Virus record (IMG/VR): IMGVR_UViG_3300032893_000026
Direction: 5' to 3' (one strand)
Length of the DNA stretch: 64,000 nucleotides
From: a virus
A program made the translations under genes and the position numbers. Under the pieces are notes generated by a model. The model was not told the origin of the DNA, searched no databases, and saw only the letters and a program-made list of their open reading frames with translations. Positions 1-8,868 of the stretch are shown in pieces. Position 1 is the first letter of the stretch. Each line of letters begins with the position of its first letter.

Positions 1-428
1 TCCGGCTCCCGTAATCCGCCGTGCCCTGGCTGTTGACCTGCGCCGCGCTTCCGATGCAGTAGTCCTGGAATAGGGGCACGCCCGTGCAACTGTCGACCAC
101 CTGCACGAGCAGGTCCGAGGACTGTGTCGCGACGGGCGTCTGGTCGGGACTGGTGGCCGAAATGGTGTGGAAGTTGTACCCCCACAAGTACGCGCCGTCC
201 GCCGCCGCTATCTGGTAGAAGAACGTGTCGAAGGGGTTGACCGGCTCCCCCTGGTCATCCGGCACCACGTACCACCTCGCCCGGTGATTGACCGCTCTCC
301 GCAGGATGTCCATCTGGCCGAGGGCCTGGGGGAAGTATCTGCACGGGAGCAGTTGGAGCGCCGCGTTGTAGGTGAAGGCGTCGACAACCTGTTTGAGCAT
401 ATGTCTCTCCTCTCCTTGTCTCGACGCC

Positions 429-1310
429 TTACCTCGACGCCTTGCACGGGATTCGCCAGACCCCGTCGAGCATCACGTTGTAGGTGATCAGCGTGGAAGA
501 AGCGTTGGGCACCAACGAGGTGATGTCCATGATAATGGCTCCCCCCGCCGGGTAGATCATACTCGGCACTGGGAAAATGGCCTGATACGGCGGCCCCTGC
601 GCGGCGCTCACCCTCCCCGCGTTCAGGTATCCCTGCGGGAGCGGGAGATTGGAGAACTGCCTCTGGTTGGGGTCGTAGAGCGTGATCGAGAAGTCCTGGG
701 TGACGAGCGCCCCGGTGCCGGGCGTGGTGATGTCCGCGATCCTGATGCTCATCAACTCGAAGTCGTACTGCTCCATGATCTGGGAGATACGGGTCGGGGT
801 CTGACCAGCCGAGTAATCGACACTGTTCTGGAAGTTGAGCGAGTAGGAATACTTGACCTCGCGGTAGTCGTAAGGCGTGCGGTGGAAGATCGGGCTCGTC
901 CCCGCCGCGAATCTCTTGACTCCCATGAATGCGATGTAGGCGTAGTACACGCCCGAGTTATTGGCCCTGCTCACGGTGAACAAATCAAAACGGATGGAGT
1001 TATTCACGTCGTAGAGCTTCTCCGGTACGACAGGCCAGCAATTGGGCATGACCATGCCGGTGGTCGGACTGCCGTTCGCGTACGCGCCCGAGGCGTTCTT
1101 CAGATTGAACCTTCCCCCGTTGGCCGCCGTGTCCACCACATTCGGCACTCCGAGGACGCGCCTCAGGACGAACTGCGAATCTCCTTGCAGGGGCAGTGCT
1201 ATGTCGTTGTAGTTCGCGCCGTCCGCGAGGGAGGTCGCGTCATAGACGTAGGCGAAGGGATAATCGACGAACCCCGCCGGGGTTACATAAGGCTCTTCCG
1301 GGAACTTCAT
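429..1310 (-). CDS. Tandem two-domain jelly-roll-like capsid protein (293 aa)
   Basis: Both halves resemble each other and the 149-aa neighbour: DSQFVLRRV/DFELMSIRI/DFAWRAIV; VVPEKLY/FPVPSMIYPAGG/VFPEIIIPAGG; FMGVKRF/LDGVWRI/FRGVKRY. Fold call is inference. Repeated at 58270-59151. Confidence 0.6.
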   Translation of the reverse strand: MKFPEEPYVTPAGFVDYPFAYVYDATSLADGANYNDIALPLQGDSQFVLRRVLGVPNVVDTAANGGRFNLKNASGAYANGSPTTGMVMPNCWPVVPEKLYDVNNSIRFDLFTVSRANNSGVYYAYIAFMGVKRFAAGTSPIFHRTPYDYREVKYSYSLNFQNSVDYSAGQTPTRISQIMEQYDFELMSIRIADITTPGTGALVTQDFSITLYDPNQRQFSNLPLPQGYLNAGRVSAAQGPPYQAIFPVPSMIYPAGGAIIMDITSLVPNASSTLITYNVMLDGVWRIPCKASR

Positions 1311-1348
1311 CTCCAGTCTCCTTTCCTCTTCTTTGCCTTGAGGTCAGG

Positions 1349-1798
1349 CTACTTGGAGATATCCGCCAGCCGGTACCGCTTCACCCCGCGAAAGGCGATC
1401 TGAATCGTGTTCGACTGCCCGCTGATATCCTGAATGTCGATTCCGATCCTGCCGCCCGCCGGGATGATGATCTCCGGGAATACGGGCCAGGGACTCGCCG
1501 CGTCTGCCACGATGTTGGCCGAGGCCACAAACCCGTTGCTCAAATAGTATCCCTGCGAGTCGCTGAAGCGGATCGAAAACGCGCCGGTAGCCAGTCCTAT
1601 CACAATGGCCCTCCAGGCGAAGTCCGCGTCGTTGGTAGTCGCGACGGTCTGGTCGCTGAGCTTCTGGTTGGCGGTGAGGCTCACGTCATACGGGTACGTG
1701 AAGTCGACATCCGTGTACCCTTCCGGGCTGGCGTCCGTCACCCCGTTGAACACGGGAGCGGACTGGGGATTGAAGATCGGGGAATTGAGAGCGCCCAC
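1349..1798 (-). CDS. Single jelly-roll-like capsid protein (149 aa)
   Basis: GTG start with GGAG RBS; alternating beta-strand pattern; clear paralogue of both halves of 429-1310. Confidence 0.6.
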   Translation of the reverse strand: MGALNSPIFNPQSAPVFNGVTDASPEGYTDVDFTYPYDVSLTANQKLSDQTVATTNDADFAWRAIVIGLATGAFSIRFSDSQGYYLSNGFVASANIVADAASPWPVFPEIIIPAGGRIGIDIQDISGQSNTIQIAFRGVKRYRLADISK

Positions 1799-1840
1799 TT
1801 TTGTATCTCCTTCAGTGCCCGGGATCCAATAACCCCAGGC

Positions 1841-1857
1841 GATTTAGACTCTAAATC
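1841..1857. promoter_or_regulatory. 17-bp palindromic operator-like site GATTTAGACTCTAAATC
   Basis: Perfect odd-length palindrome 43 bp upstream of the 1798 start; one of 15 copies in the genome. Confidence 0.8.
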
Positions 1858-2067
1858 CTGCCGCCGCCGGGTGCGCTTCCGGTGCCTCTCCCTATCTGCC
1901 ACTGGCCCTGCTTCCCGCCCCCCGGTCCTGAAGGAGCAACCAGGGGGCGGGAGAGAAGCCATCAGGTACGGGAGCGGGACCGGCCCGGCCTTCGCGGCAC
2001 TTCGGATGGCGTATCGCGCGATGCGTGCCGTCGGCCTGCCGACCAGCCTGCCGATCCACCCGGCTCT

Positions 2068-2670
2068 CTACTGCACGCCGCGTGCGTACAGCCCGTCGAG
2101 CAGGCACACCAGGGTGAGCCCGGTGCCTCCCGAGGCGGAGGCGGTGAGCGTGGCGGAGGTGCCGTTCAACTGGCCGTAGAACGTCATCTGGTTCTCGATG
2201 ACGATAGGGATCGCGAGTTTGTGCATGGACTCGCGCCCCGGCTTGCCGTTGCCGAGGATCGTGGTGGACGAGGTGGTGATCGCGGCGTAGATTCCGCCGC
2301 CCGCATTGTAGTACCAGAGCGGGCCACGCTGATACGGCTTCTGTCCGAGATAGAACTCGAAGCAGAACCCGTTCAGGATGGTGATCAGATCCGTCAGGTA
2401 GATGTCCTCCGAATAACGGATGCGGAAGCCGAAGATCGAGAAGGCCTCCGGGGCGGCCAGTTTCTGCGACTGGGTGAGGTTCGTCAGGGCCAGGGTCTTG
2501 CTGCTGGCCGGGCCCACGTTGGTGAACAGGGCCGTGGTCAACACCGTCACGGACGAGCCCGCGTTGAGGGCCACCGTGTCGTAGAGCGGGGTGTGCTGCA
2601 CGTCCATCCGATTGTTCACGTACACTTCGGAGTTGAACGCATCGACGATCATCTGTTGCTGCGGAGTCAT
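2068..2670 (-). CDS. Candidate major capsid protein, single jelly-roll-like (200 aa)
   Basis: RBS AGAGGA; beta-rich (LYDTV, TNL, PEAFSIFGFRI, IPIVIEN, LLDGLYAR); C-terminus parallels LDGVWRI of 429-1310; follows the Arg-rich core gene. Confidence 0.6.
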   Translation of the reverse strand: MTPQQQMIVDAFNSEVYVNNRMDVQHTPLYDTVALNAGSSVTVLTTALFTNVGPASSKTLALTNLTQSQKLAAPEAFSIFGFRIRYSEDIYLTDLITILNGFCFEFYLGQKPYQRGPLWYYNAGGGIYAAITTSSTTILGNGKPGRESMHKLAIPIVIENQMTFYGQLNGTSATLTASASGGTGLTLVCLLDGLYARGVQ

Positions 2671-2814
2671 TAATTTTTCCTCTGCTGAAGCTGGTTGACC
2701 TACGTTGAATTCGAGGGGCCCGGATCACTTACCCGGGCCCCAGGTCCTAGCAAGGTGTCCAGCACCGGCATCGAGTCCCGGGTCATCCCCGGAACCCCGC
2801 TAAGACGCCGGGCG

Positions 2815-3696
2815 CTAGAAAGCGGTGCCGAAGGCCCGCGCGAGTCCGTTCATGGTGACACGGGCGTTGGTCGGCGTGGCAGGAGCCGGAGCCGGGATGG
2901 CGGCGCGGATCGGGTTCTGCGGAACCACGAACTGGCCGGGCATCAGGTCGCCGAGCCCAATCGGCACTCCCCCGACGGTGAAGCCGGGCAGGAAGGCGTT
3001 CAGGGCCACGGAGGCCACCTGCATGAGGCCGCCGAACATGACGCCGTTGCCGAACTCGGGATCGAGCTTTCCGGCGCCCCAACCGGACGCCACCGCAGCC
3101 ACGGCGGAGATGATCACGCGTCCAAACGTGGTGGAGCCGAACGATCCGGTGATCGAGGTGGGGATGAGGGTGGGGATGAACTTCGTCGCCGCCACGCCCA
3201 CCAGACCACCGCCGATCAGCTTGAGGCTGTCCTTGGAGGTGAACGGGTGTCCGAGCAAGCCCGGATTCCGGCGGCGGTGACTCACGCGCCTCCGGGGGTT
3301 CTTCGCGTAATGACGGCGGCGGTTCCTCCGCTTGGGTGCCACGAACACCACGCGGGTGGCGTTGCGTCGGCGGCGGCGGGCGTAGCGGCGCGGGTTGCGG
3401 GCAACCCGGCGGCGGCGCACGTTCTTCACTTTGCGTCTGCGTCTTACCATGGTGCTTCTCCTTATGGGATTGAGGGACCCGAGTGTCACCACCAGGGCCG
3501 GGTTGGTTCTGCGGGTTCTCCTTCGGCGTGTTTTGCGCGACACCTGGACCTTTCTCCGCTTGGGATTCGTCTTGCGACGTCGGAGGGCGGCCTTCTGCCG
3601 GGCAGTTCCGAAGAACTTGATTTGTTTTGCGGTCATCCGCCTCCGCTTCCGGTGGCGGGAATTAGCCAGCCGCTTGACTTTGGTTGTGACTGCCAT
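2815..3696 (-). CDS. Arg-rich DNA-condensing core protein with C-terminal hydrophobic helices
   Basis: About 145 N-terminal residues dominated by R/K with repeated NP motifs; then GG/A-rich hydrophobic segments; AAGGAG RBS at 3696 and again at an internal ATG (3450). Confidence 0.7.
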   Translation of the reverse strand: MAVTTKVKRLANSRHRKRRRMTAKQIKFFGTARQKAALRRRKTNPKRRKVQVSRKTRRRRTRRTNPALVVTLGSLNPIRRSTMVRRRRKVKNVRRRRVARNPRRYARRRRRNATRVVFVAPKRRNRRRHYAKNPRRRVSHRRRNPGLLGHPFTSKDSLKLIGGGLVGVAATKFIPTLIPTSITGSFGSTTFGRVIISAVAAVASGWGAGKLDPEFGNGVMFGGLMQVASVALNAFLPGFTVGGVPIGLGDLMPGQFVVPQNPIRAAIPAPAPATPTNARVTMNGLARAFGTAF

Positions 3697-3729
3697 CGTG
3701 ACTCCTTTGACTCAGGCCTCCTTAGGCCA

Positions 3730-4068
3730 CTAGGCCGCCAGGGAACAGGGCCGTTGCAGGACCACGATATAAGTCCCGGCGGAACCGGCCACGTTGCCTT
3801 TGCTGAAAGTGACGATATTGGAGTTCGTCAGTACAGCCGCGATGGTGCATACGGCTGTTCCCACCACGTTGGGGGTGATCGTGACGAGCGGGAAGTTGAA
3901 GGCCAACTGCGCCGTCGAGAGCCCCCAGTTGTGGGTCATCACAAAGCTGGTGTCGGTGTCCGCTCCGATTGCCACAGTAGCCGTGATGGTATTGCACTTC
4001 TTTGCCTGTGCGGCAGTGGGAGGCGTAACACCGGCCACCGGGTAAGCGTAAGTGACTGTGACTGCCAT
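3730..4068 (-). CDS. Small beta-rich virion protein (112 aa), possible capsid decoration
   Basis: T/V/A-rich beta pattern with THNWG motif; RBS AAGGAG; lies in the capsid operon. Confidence 0.45.
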   Translation of the reverse strand: MAVTVTYAYPVAGVTPPTAAQAKKCNTITATVAIGADTDTSFVMTHNWGLSTAQLAFNFPLVTITPNVVGTAVCTIAAVLTNSNIVTFSKGNVAGSAGTYIVVLQRPCSLAA

Positions 4069-4097
4069 TTCTTTCTCCTTTCCTTAGCCCTGTGGGG

Positions 4098-4853
4098 CTA
4101 CTGTCTTGCTTCGACTACATCCGTTGCATTCTGGTCCTCCTCCCCCTTGCAAGGGAGGTGGGCCACGGATCTCATGCCGGGCGCGACGGCCCGGACCTTA
4201 AGGTGCACGATCTCCAACCGGGGATCGACCTTGATTACCGCGCCCCCGTCCTTGGCGCGGTAACAGAAACTGATGTCCTCTCCCAAGAAGCCCATCTCTG
4301 TCCTCCCGTCCACAATCGGGCGGAAGGGCCTGTCGCCAGCCATGCGTCCGATCCGGCTGCGCATGAGCACGGCGGGGAACCCGGTCCAGTCCACGGAGAT
4401 CGGGATCTGTCCCAGGAGAGCCGTCACCCGGATCGGCTTGCACCGGATGCCGTCTTCGGAGGAGCGGTATCCACAACTGGGAACGGCGTGGATATCGTAG
4501 CCATCCGGCTGGCAATAGCACCATGCCGACACCATGTCGAGCATGGGATCGTCGAACATGTCGTTGAGCAGGATCTTGAACTGGTCGAAGGTGAGCAGGT
4601 TGTCATCGTCCATCCACAGGATGTAGTCCGCAACGACTCCGCCTTGCCCCTTCATGACCCCGTTCCAGATCGTGGACCTCGTCGCGTACACGTTGGACGA
4701 GTACCCGAGATAGAACTGCACGTTATAGGCGTAATCCGGGTCCATGATCAGTTGGGCCAGGAAAGTTGTCCAGTTACTCACCCACACATTCGGGAATTGC
4801 TCTCCCGGGATGCAGATGGCGAGATTCAATGGCTTCCGCTCGTTCTCACTCAT
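4098..4853 (-). CDS. GT-A (family 2-like) glycosyltransferase
   Basis: Likely start MSENERKP; LAICIPG N-terminal strand, WMDDD DxD motif, TGFPAVL and GEDISFC motifs. Confidence 0.8.
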   Translation of the reverse strand: MSENERKPLNLAICIPGEQFPNVWVSNWTTFLAQLIMDPDYAYNVQFYLGYSSNVYATRSTIWNGVMKGQGGVVADYILWMDDDNLLTFDQFKILLNDMFDDPMLDMVSAWCYCQPDGYDIHAVPSCGYRSSEDGIRCKPIRVTALLGQIPISVDWTGFPAVLMRSRIGRMAGDRPFRPIVDGRTEMGFLGEDISFCYRAKDGGAVIKVDPRLEIVHLKVRAVAPGMRSVAHLPCKGEEDQNATDVVEARQ

Positions 4854-5143
4854 ACGTCTTCCGCTCCTTCGCTTTGACTTGCTCCGCTCGTTCCGCTCGA
4901 TCTCCCCTTGCCGTAGTACTTCCGGTAGAGCCACCACCCCGCCCCCACGGCAAGCAGGAGGAGGATGACGGATTGCGACTGCGATTGCGATTGCGACTGG
5001 TTGGACTGGATCGGGATGCAGTCCCAGAACCCCGTGCTGGCGTCGAGCACCGCGTAGTAGCCCGCGCCGCACCCCGGGTCGACACCGATGCTCTCGGCGG
5101 TGACGCCACCGGCAGGCTGAGATACCAAGTCAGAGAGGTCCAT
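4850..5143 (-). CDS. Small single-pass membrane virion protein
   Basis: Cys pair, QSQSQS linker, hydrophobic VILLLLAVGAGWWLY segment followed by RKYYGKGR. Confidence 0.6.
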   Translation of the reverse strand: MDLSDLVSQPAGGVTAESIGVDPGCGAGYYAVLDASTGFWDCIPIQSNQSQSQSQSQSVILLLLAVGAGWWLYRKYYGKGRSSGTSGASQSEGAEDV

Positions 5144-5145
5144 AT

Positions 5146-6390
5146 CTAGTTCTCGATCCCCGGACTCACGCCGACGAGCGGCTGCTTGATGAAGTACTGC
5201 CCGCCCGTGATGTAGAGCTTCTGGTTCTGCGGCTCGTATTCGAGGTAAGGCCTCTCGCCCGTGTCCTCGCCCAAGTCGTGCTGATAGATGATCTCCTCGA
5301 AGTCATCGAACTTCTTCTTCGTCTTGTAAGCCAGATTCCAGTACCGCTTGTTGTTGGTGGGCTTCGCGCCGGGCTCCGGCTCACTGAATACGCCGAGCAC
5401 CATTCGGTCCTTCAGCCATTTCTTCTCGTCCATCTTGAGCGTCGCCAGATCCACCGACTGGTCGCCGCCCTCGATGTACAGTTGCCTGCCGTCCTCGCTC
5501 GAAGCCAGGAACGGAGGGTTCTTCTCGAAGTCGATTCGGACGCGGATCCTGGTTGGGGTGTCGACGTAGATCTCCGTCAGGGTGCCGAGAGCGGCCAGAT
5601 GCTCATGCTCGTGGTACTCCTCCTCGATCACCACCTCTTCCGTCGACGGAGCGCCGTGGAAGGACTCGTACAGATCGGCGGCGGCACCGGCAGGATTACG
5701 TTTGGCTCTGGGCTTGTAGTCCGAATAGAGGATGTAGTTCTGGCGCCCGGCCCGGTCTTCCTTGTATACACAGGTGGCCGCGTACCCCTTGGCCCGAATG
5801 CTTTGGACAAGCTGGTCCGCATACTGATCGTCTTCCGGGGTAACAGCAGGGAGCTTGAGACTGTATCTGTAACTCCTCCCCCTGAAGGAGAAGGATTTGG
5901 GATTCTTCTTCCAGTCCCACTTACTCCGCTTGTGGCCCCTGGCATACTTCTTTTCCATGGTGGCGCACACCGCTCCCGGATCATATTCCTTCCCTACTCC
6001 CGCCTCGCACCGCTCAAACCACCCTGGCCCCGACCCTGGCCGCGCACCCGAATGGTGCCCCGGATTTGCTTCCCCAAACATGCCCTGATACGGATTGCCC
6101 TTCGACTTACCGAATCCGTGGAGCTTGGCCCTGGCCGCCGCGTAGGCCTCCTCGCGCGTCTTGCCCCCCACTCCCATGGGCTCCCCGGTCTTGTTGAACC
6201 ACTCCCACCTGCCGTCCGACTGGGTGAGCCGGATCTCTTCCGTGCTTCCGTCATCCGTGGTATAGGTGGCCTTGTCCGGGTCCTGCTCGTCTGGAGTCGG
6301 GCCATCCGGGTTAGGCCTTCGTCCCCCGTGTCTCTCCAGCACGTCGAAGTAGGAGGTATCGTGCTGGCCCATCTCAAGGCTCGATGCCAT
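5146..6390 (-). CDS. NP-motif modular virion/core protein (414 aa)
   Basis: Five NP motifs, mostly in a basic context, separate distinct segments; a globular-looking C-terminal domain of about 185 aa starts at KRNPAGAAADLYESFHG. Confidence 0.55.
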   Translation of the reverse strand: MASSLEMGQHDTSYFDVLERHGGRRPNPDGPTPDEQDPDKATYTTDDGSTEEIRLTQSDGRWEWFNKTGEPMGVGGKTREEAYAAARAKLHGFGKSKGNPYQGMFGEANPGHHSGARPGSGPGWFERCEAGVGKEYDPGAVCATMEKKYARGHKRSKWDWKKNPKSFSFRGRSYRYSLKLPAVTPEDDQYADQLVQSIRAKGYAATCVYKEDRAGRQNYILYSDYKPRAKRNPAGAAADLYESFHGAPSTEEVVIEEEYHEHEHLAALGTLTEIYVDTPTRIRVRIDFEKNPPFLASSEDGRQLYIEGGDQSVDLATLKMDEKKWLKDRMVLGVFSEPEPGAKPTNNKRYWNLAYKTKKKFDDFEEIIYQHDLGEDTGERPYLEYEPQNQKLYITGGQYFIKQPLVGVSPGIEN

Positions 6391-6391
6391 G

Positions 6392-7948
6392 TTAGTTGCC
6401 CTCCTCCTTCTCAATGCGTGCGATGGCATTCTTGACCTTCTTCGCCCCGCCCGAGTGTGCGTCGAATGCAATCACAATACCCCTGGACCGCAGCCGGGCG
6501 TCATCGAGACACATGCCACACTTCTTGTGCCCCGGAGATCCCACGCACTGGATATTCTTGTCGATGGCCTCATTCGGGCATGGCTGAATCCACACGCCCG
6601 TCTCCTCGTCCTTGTAGAGTCCCTTCTGCTTGAAGTGATCCACAACCATGGCCGTGCCCCACCCCCGGCTCATGGCCTCCTTGGCATCCGCCGCCGTCTC
6701 GCACGAGGCGAGTACGGAGATCTTCGATCCCCACGAGGAGCGGGAGGTGTCGCGCCATGCGTGGGTATAAGCCCACACTTTCTCGCGCCATCCCTGGCAT
6801 GCATCCGCCAGCATCCGCACCGGTCCGTTGCCTACCGCGTCGCCGACCACATGCAGCCGGAGCGGGAGCCACTTACCCTTGCGCTCGTTGATCTCGATCT
6901 GGGTCTTGATGGCCTCCGCCTCCGCCCTGGCGCAGTCCTCCGCGTCCGCGCCCGAGGAGTTGGCCGCCCGATTGAGCCGGAGCCGGGTGATGTTAGTCGG
7001 CCCATACTCCGCATAACACCCATACCCTAAGAAGGGGCAGGGTCGCGACGAGTTCCCCTGGTTGGGGCACGAGGCGTTGCTCACATAGGTGGCCGAGGCC
7101 ATCCCCACCTTCGCGTTTGCACTGGACTCCGCGAGGGTGGCGAGGGATCCGGGCGCGGCGGAGGGATTGGGCATCGTCCTCTCTCCTGCGGCGGAGATGT
7201 GGGTGACGAGGTCGAATTTAGAATCTAAATCGTGATCCGGGTTGGACACATAGTGCCTCACCAGATGGGCGGGCAGGGTGACCATGTTGGTGGAGAGGGT
7301 GTCGTAGATATCCAGACCGGACTTGACCACGGACTTGGCGACCCTGGCGGCGCGGCGGGCATGGTGTTGGACGGAGGAGTTGTGCTTCTTGCGGCGGGTG
7401 GTGGCCCACTCGTCCAGAAATCTCTTGGCATCGTCGACGGTGTCGAATCGCGAGTAAGGATCGGAGGAGACGCGATAGTCTCCGGTAGGCGTGCGGAAGA
7501 TCTTCTTCCCGCGATATTCCATCACCGGGCCCTCATACTCCTTGCCCGTGCCCGAGGACTTGACTTTCGTACCGGTGCTGGCCCTGGTTGTTTGGGAGGG
7601 GGCCTGGGAAGATGGACTTCGCCCAGGAGCGGTCTGGGCGGCGGAAGACCCGGCCCCCGCATACCTCGACGCCGGGCGGCCAGCCAGCCGGTCATCGAAG
7701 CCTTGATCGTAAGCGGCACGCAGACGCTGGAGGACGGGCCTGCCGTGCGAGGCATACCCGTGGTCGCAGGCCCACTGGTCAAACAGGCCGGTGTCGGGAG
7801 ACTCGAATCCGGCGAGATAGGCCGAGTGGAGGGACTGGGGGAGTGCGCTCTTCGACTTGGCGGCACACTTCCGCGCTTCCTTCTTCCTCCCGAACCCGAG
7901 GAAGTTGGCCTTGCGCCGGATTATGACTCGCCGCTTCATGCCACTCAC
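6392..7948 (-). CDS. Basic NP-motif protein fused to a gp88/DUF7227-like Cys-rich domain
   Basis: C-terminal half: SCP..CPF..GCYA, LRLHVVGD, WAYTHAW, LASCET, CP..C..C.MC pattern. Family recognised by eye only. Confidence 0.55.
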   Translation of the reverse strand: MSGMKRRVIIRRKANFLGFGRKKEARKCAAKSKSALPQSLHSAYLAGFESPDTGLFDQWACDHGYASHGRPVLQRLRAAYDQGFDDRLAGRPASRYAGAGSSAAQTAPGRSPSSQAPSQTTRASTGTKVKSSGTGKEYEGPVMEYRGKKIFRTPTGDYRVSSDPYSRFDTVDDAKRFLDEWATTRRKKHNSSVQHHARRAARVAKSVVKSGLDIYDTLSTNMVTLPAHLVRHYVSNPDHDLDSKFDLVTHISAAGERTMPNPSAAPGSLATLAESSANAKVGMASATYVSNASCPNQGNSSRPCPFLGYGCYAEYGPTNITRLRLNRAANSSGADAEDCARAEAEAIKTQIEINERKGKWLPLRLHVVGDAVGNGPVRMLADACQGWREKVWAYTHAWRDTSRSSWGSKISVLASCETAADAKEAMSRGWGTAMVVDHFKQKGLYKDEETGVWIQPCPNEAIDKNIQCVGSPGHKKCGMCLDDARLRSRGIVIAFDAHSGGAKKVKNAIARIEKEEGN

Positions 7949-7963
7949 TCCTGCTGATCCACT

Positions 7964-8001
7964 TGTTACTTACCTGTTACTTACCTGTTACTTACGTTAC
8001 C
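7964..8001. repeat. 11-bp tandem repeat (TGTTACTTACC) x3 plus partial
   Basis: Read directly; AT-rich, in the intergenic gap upstream of 6392-7948. Confidence 0.9.
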
Positions 8002-8561
8002 TATGAGCCGTACTGGCCGACATACGATGCCGCCCGTTTGTATCCCCTGTATTGGGAGCGCAGGGCCGCGCGTTTCTGGCGGTACTCCGATCCGGACGGC
8101 TCAAAGATGAACCAGAGCACGAGCCCTCCCGCGATCCATCCCCATAACGGGATCTGGAAGCTACCGATCCCGTAGTCGGTGGTGAGGGTGTTCTCGATGG
8201 ACGTGAGCGTCGAGGAGAAGTCTCCCAGCCCCTTCAGCCCTCCCGCACACCCGCACCCGGCGAGGCCAGCGCACCCGCACCCCAGGCCGCTAAGGCCCTG
8301 CCCGGATCCGGCCACCGGGGATATGACGGAGGTGGAGGCGAGAGCGTCGCGGATCGGGTTCTGCGGCACGGCGAACGCGGCGGGGAGCAGTTCCCCGATG
8401 TGGGGCACGTAGGCCGCGTGGCCGCGCATCAGTCCCTGGACGGAGGGCACAAGCGCCGTGCCCGGGTCGTTGGCGTCCGCAATGGGGTTCTGCGGCACAA
8501 CGAAGTTTCCCGGCAACAGGTCGCCGAATCCGGGGGCCGGGTGGAAGTTGAGATGAGGCAT
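8001..8561 (-). CDS. Membrane virion protein with two VPQNPI repeats and GLSGLG motifs
   Basis: GDLLPGNFVVPQNPI and GELLPAAFAVPQNPI; GLSGLGCGCAGLAGCG; TM LWGWIAGGLVLWFIF; basic tail. Confidence 0.65.
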   Translation of the reverse strand: MPHLNFHPAPGFGDLLPGNFVVPQNPIADANDPGTALVPSVQGLMRGHAAYVPHIGELLPAAFAVPQNPIRDALASTSVISPVAGSGQGLSGLGCGCAGLAGCGCAGGLKGLGDFSSTLTSIENTLTTDYGIGSFQIPLWGWIAGGLVLWFIFEPSGSEYRQKRAALRSQYRGYKRAASYVGQYGS

Positions 8562-8574
8562 CGTCTGATATCTC

Positions 8575-8865
8575 CTATTTCGCAACCATGACTACCGCGA
8601 CAATCCCGATAGCCAGGACTGCCAGAAAGATCGGGCCGTTATAGTCGCCCATGACCAGACTGCATGTGGCCGAGGGGCCGAGCACGGAAGAGAGCGTGGG
8701 ATAGTTGGTCGAGGCATAATCCGCGCACTGGGCCTTGTTGATGGCCGCCGTGGCCGAGTCCGCTTCCGACACCGGAGCGCAGGCCGTAATCAGGGATCCG
8801 GAGGCGGGGATCAGGGAACACCACCAGGGGACCGAGGCAGTGCCCGAAGCCGATACGTTCGCCAC
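8575..8865 (-). CDS. Small Cys-containing single-pass membrane protein
   Basis: Four Cys, C-terminal hydrophobic helix ending in K; tightly coupled in the operon. Confidence 0.6.
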   Translation of the reverse strand: MANVSASGTASVPWWCSLIPASGSLITACAPVSEADSATAAINKAQCADYASTNYPTLSSVLGPSATCSLVMGDYNGPIFLAVLAIGIVAVVMVAK

Positions 8866-8868
8866 CGG

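Noticed and set aside
2695-4263. Long plus-strand ORFs (also 13054-14391, 36596-37885, 53227-54711 and many others)
   Set aside because: Antisense shadows of GC-rich minus-strand genes: no convincing RBS, R/G/P/H-rich composition, no motifs.
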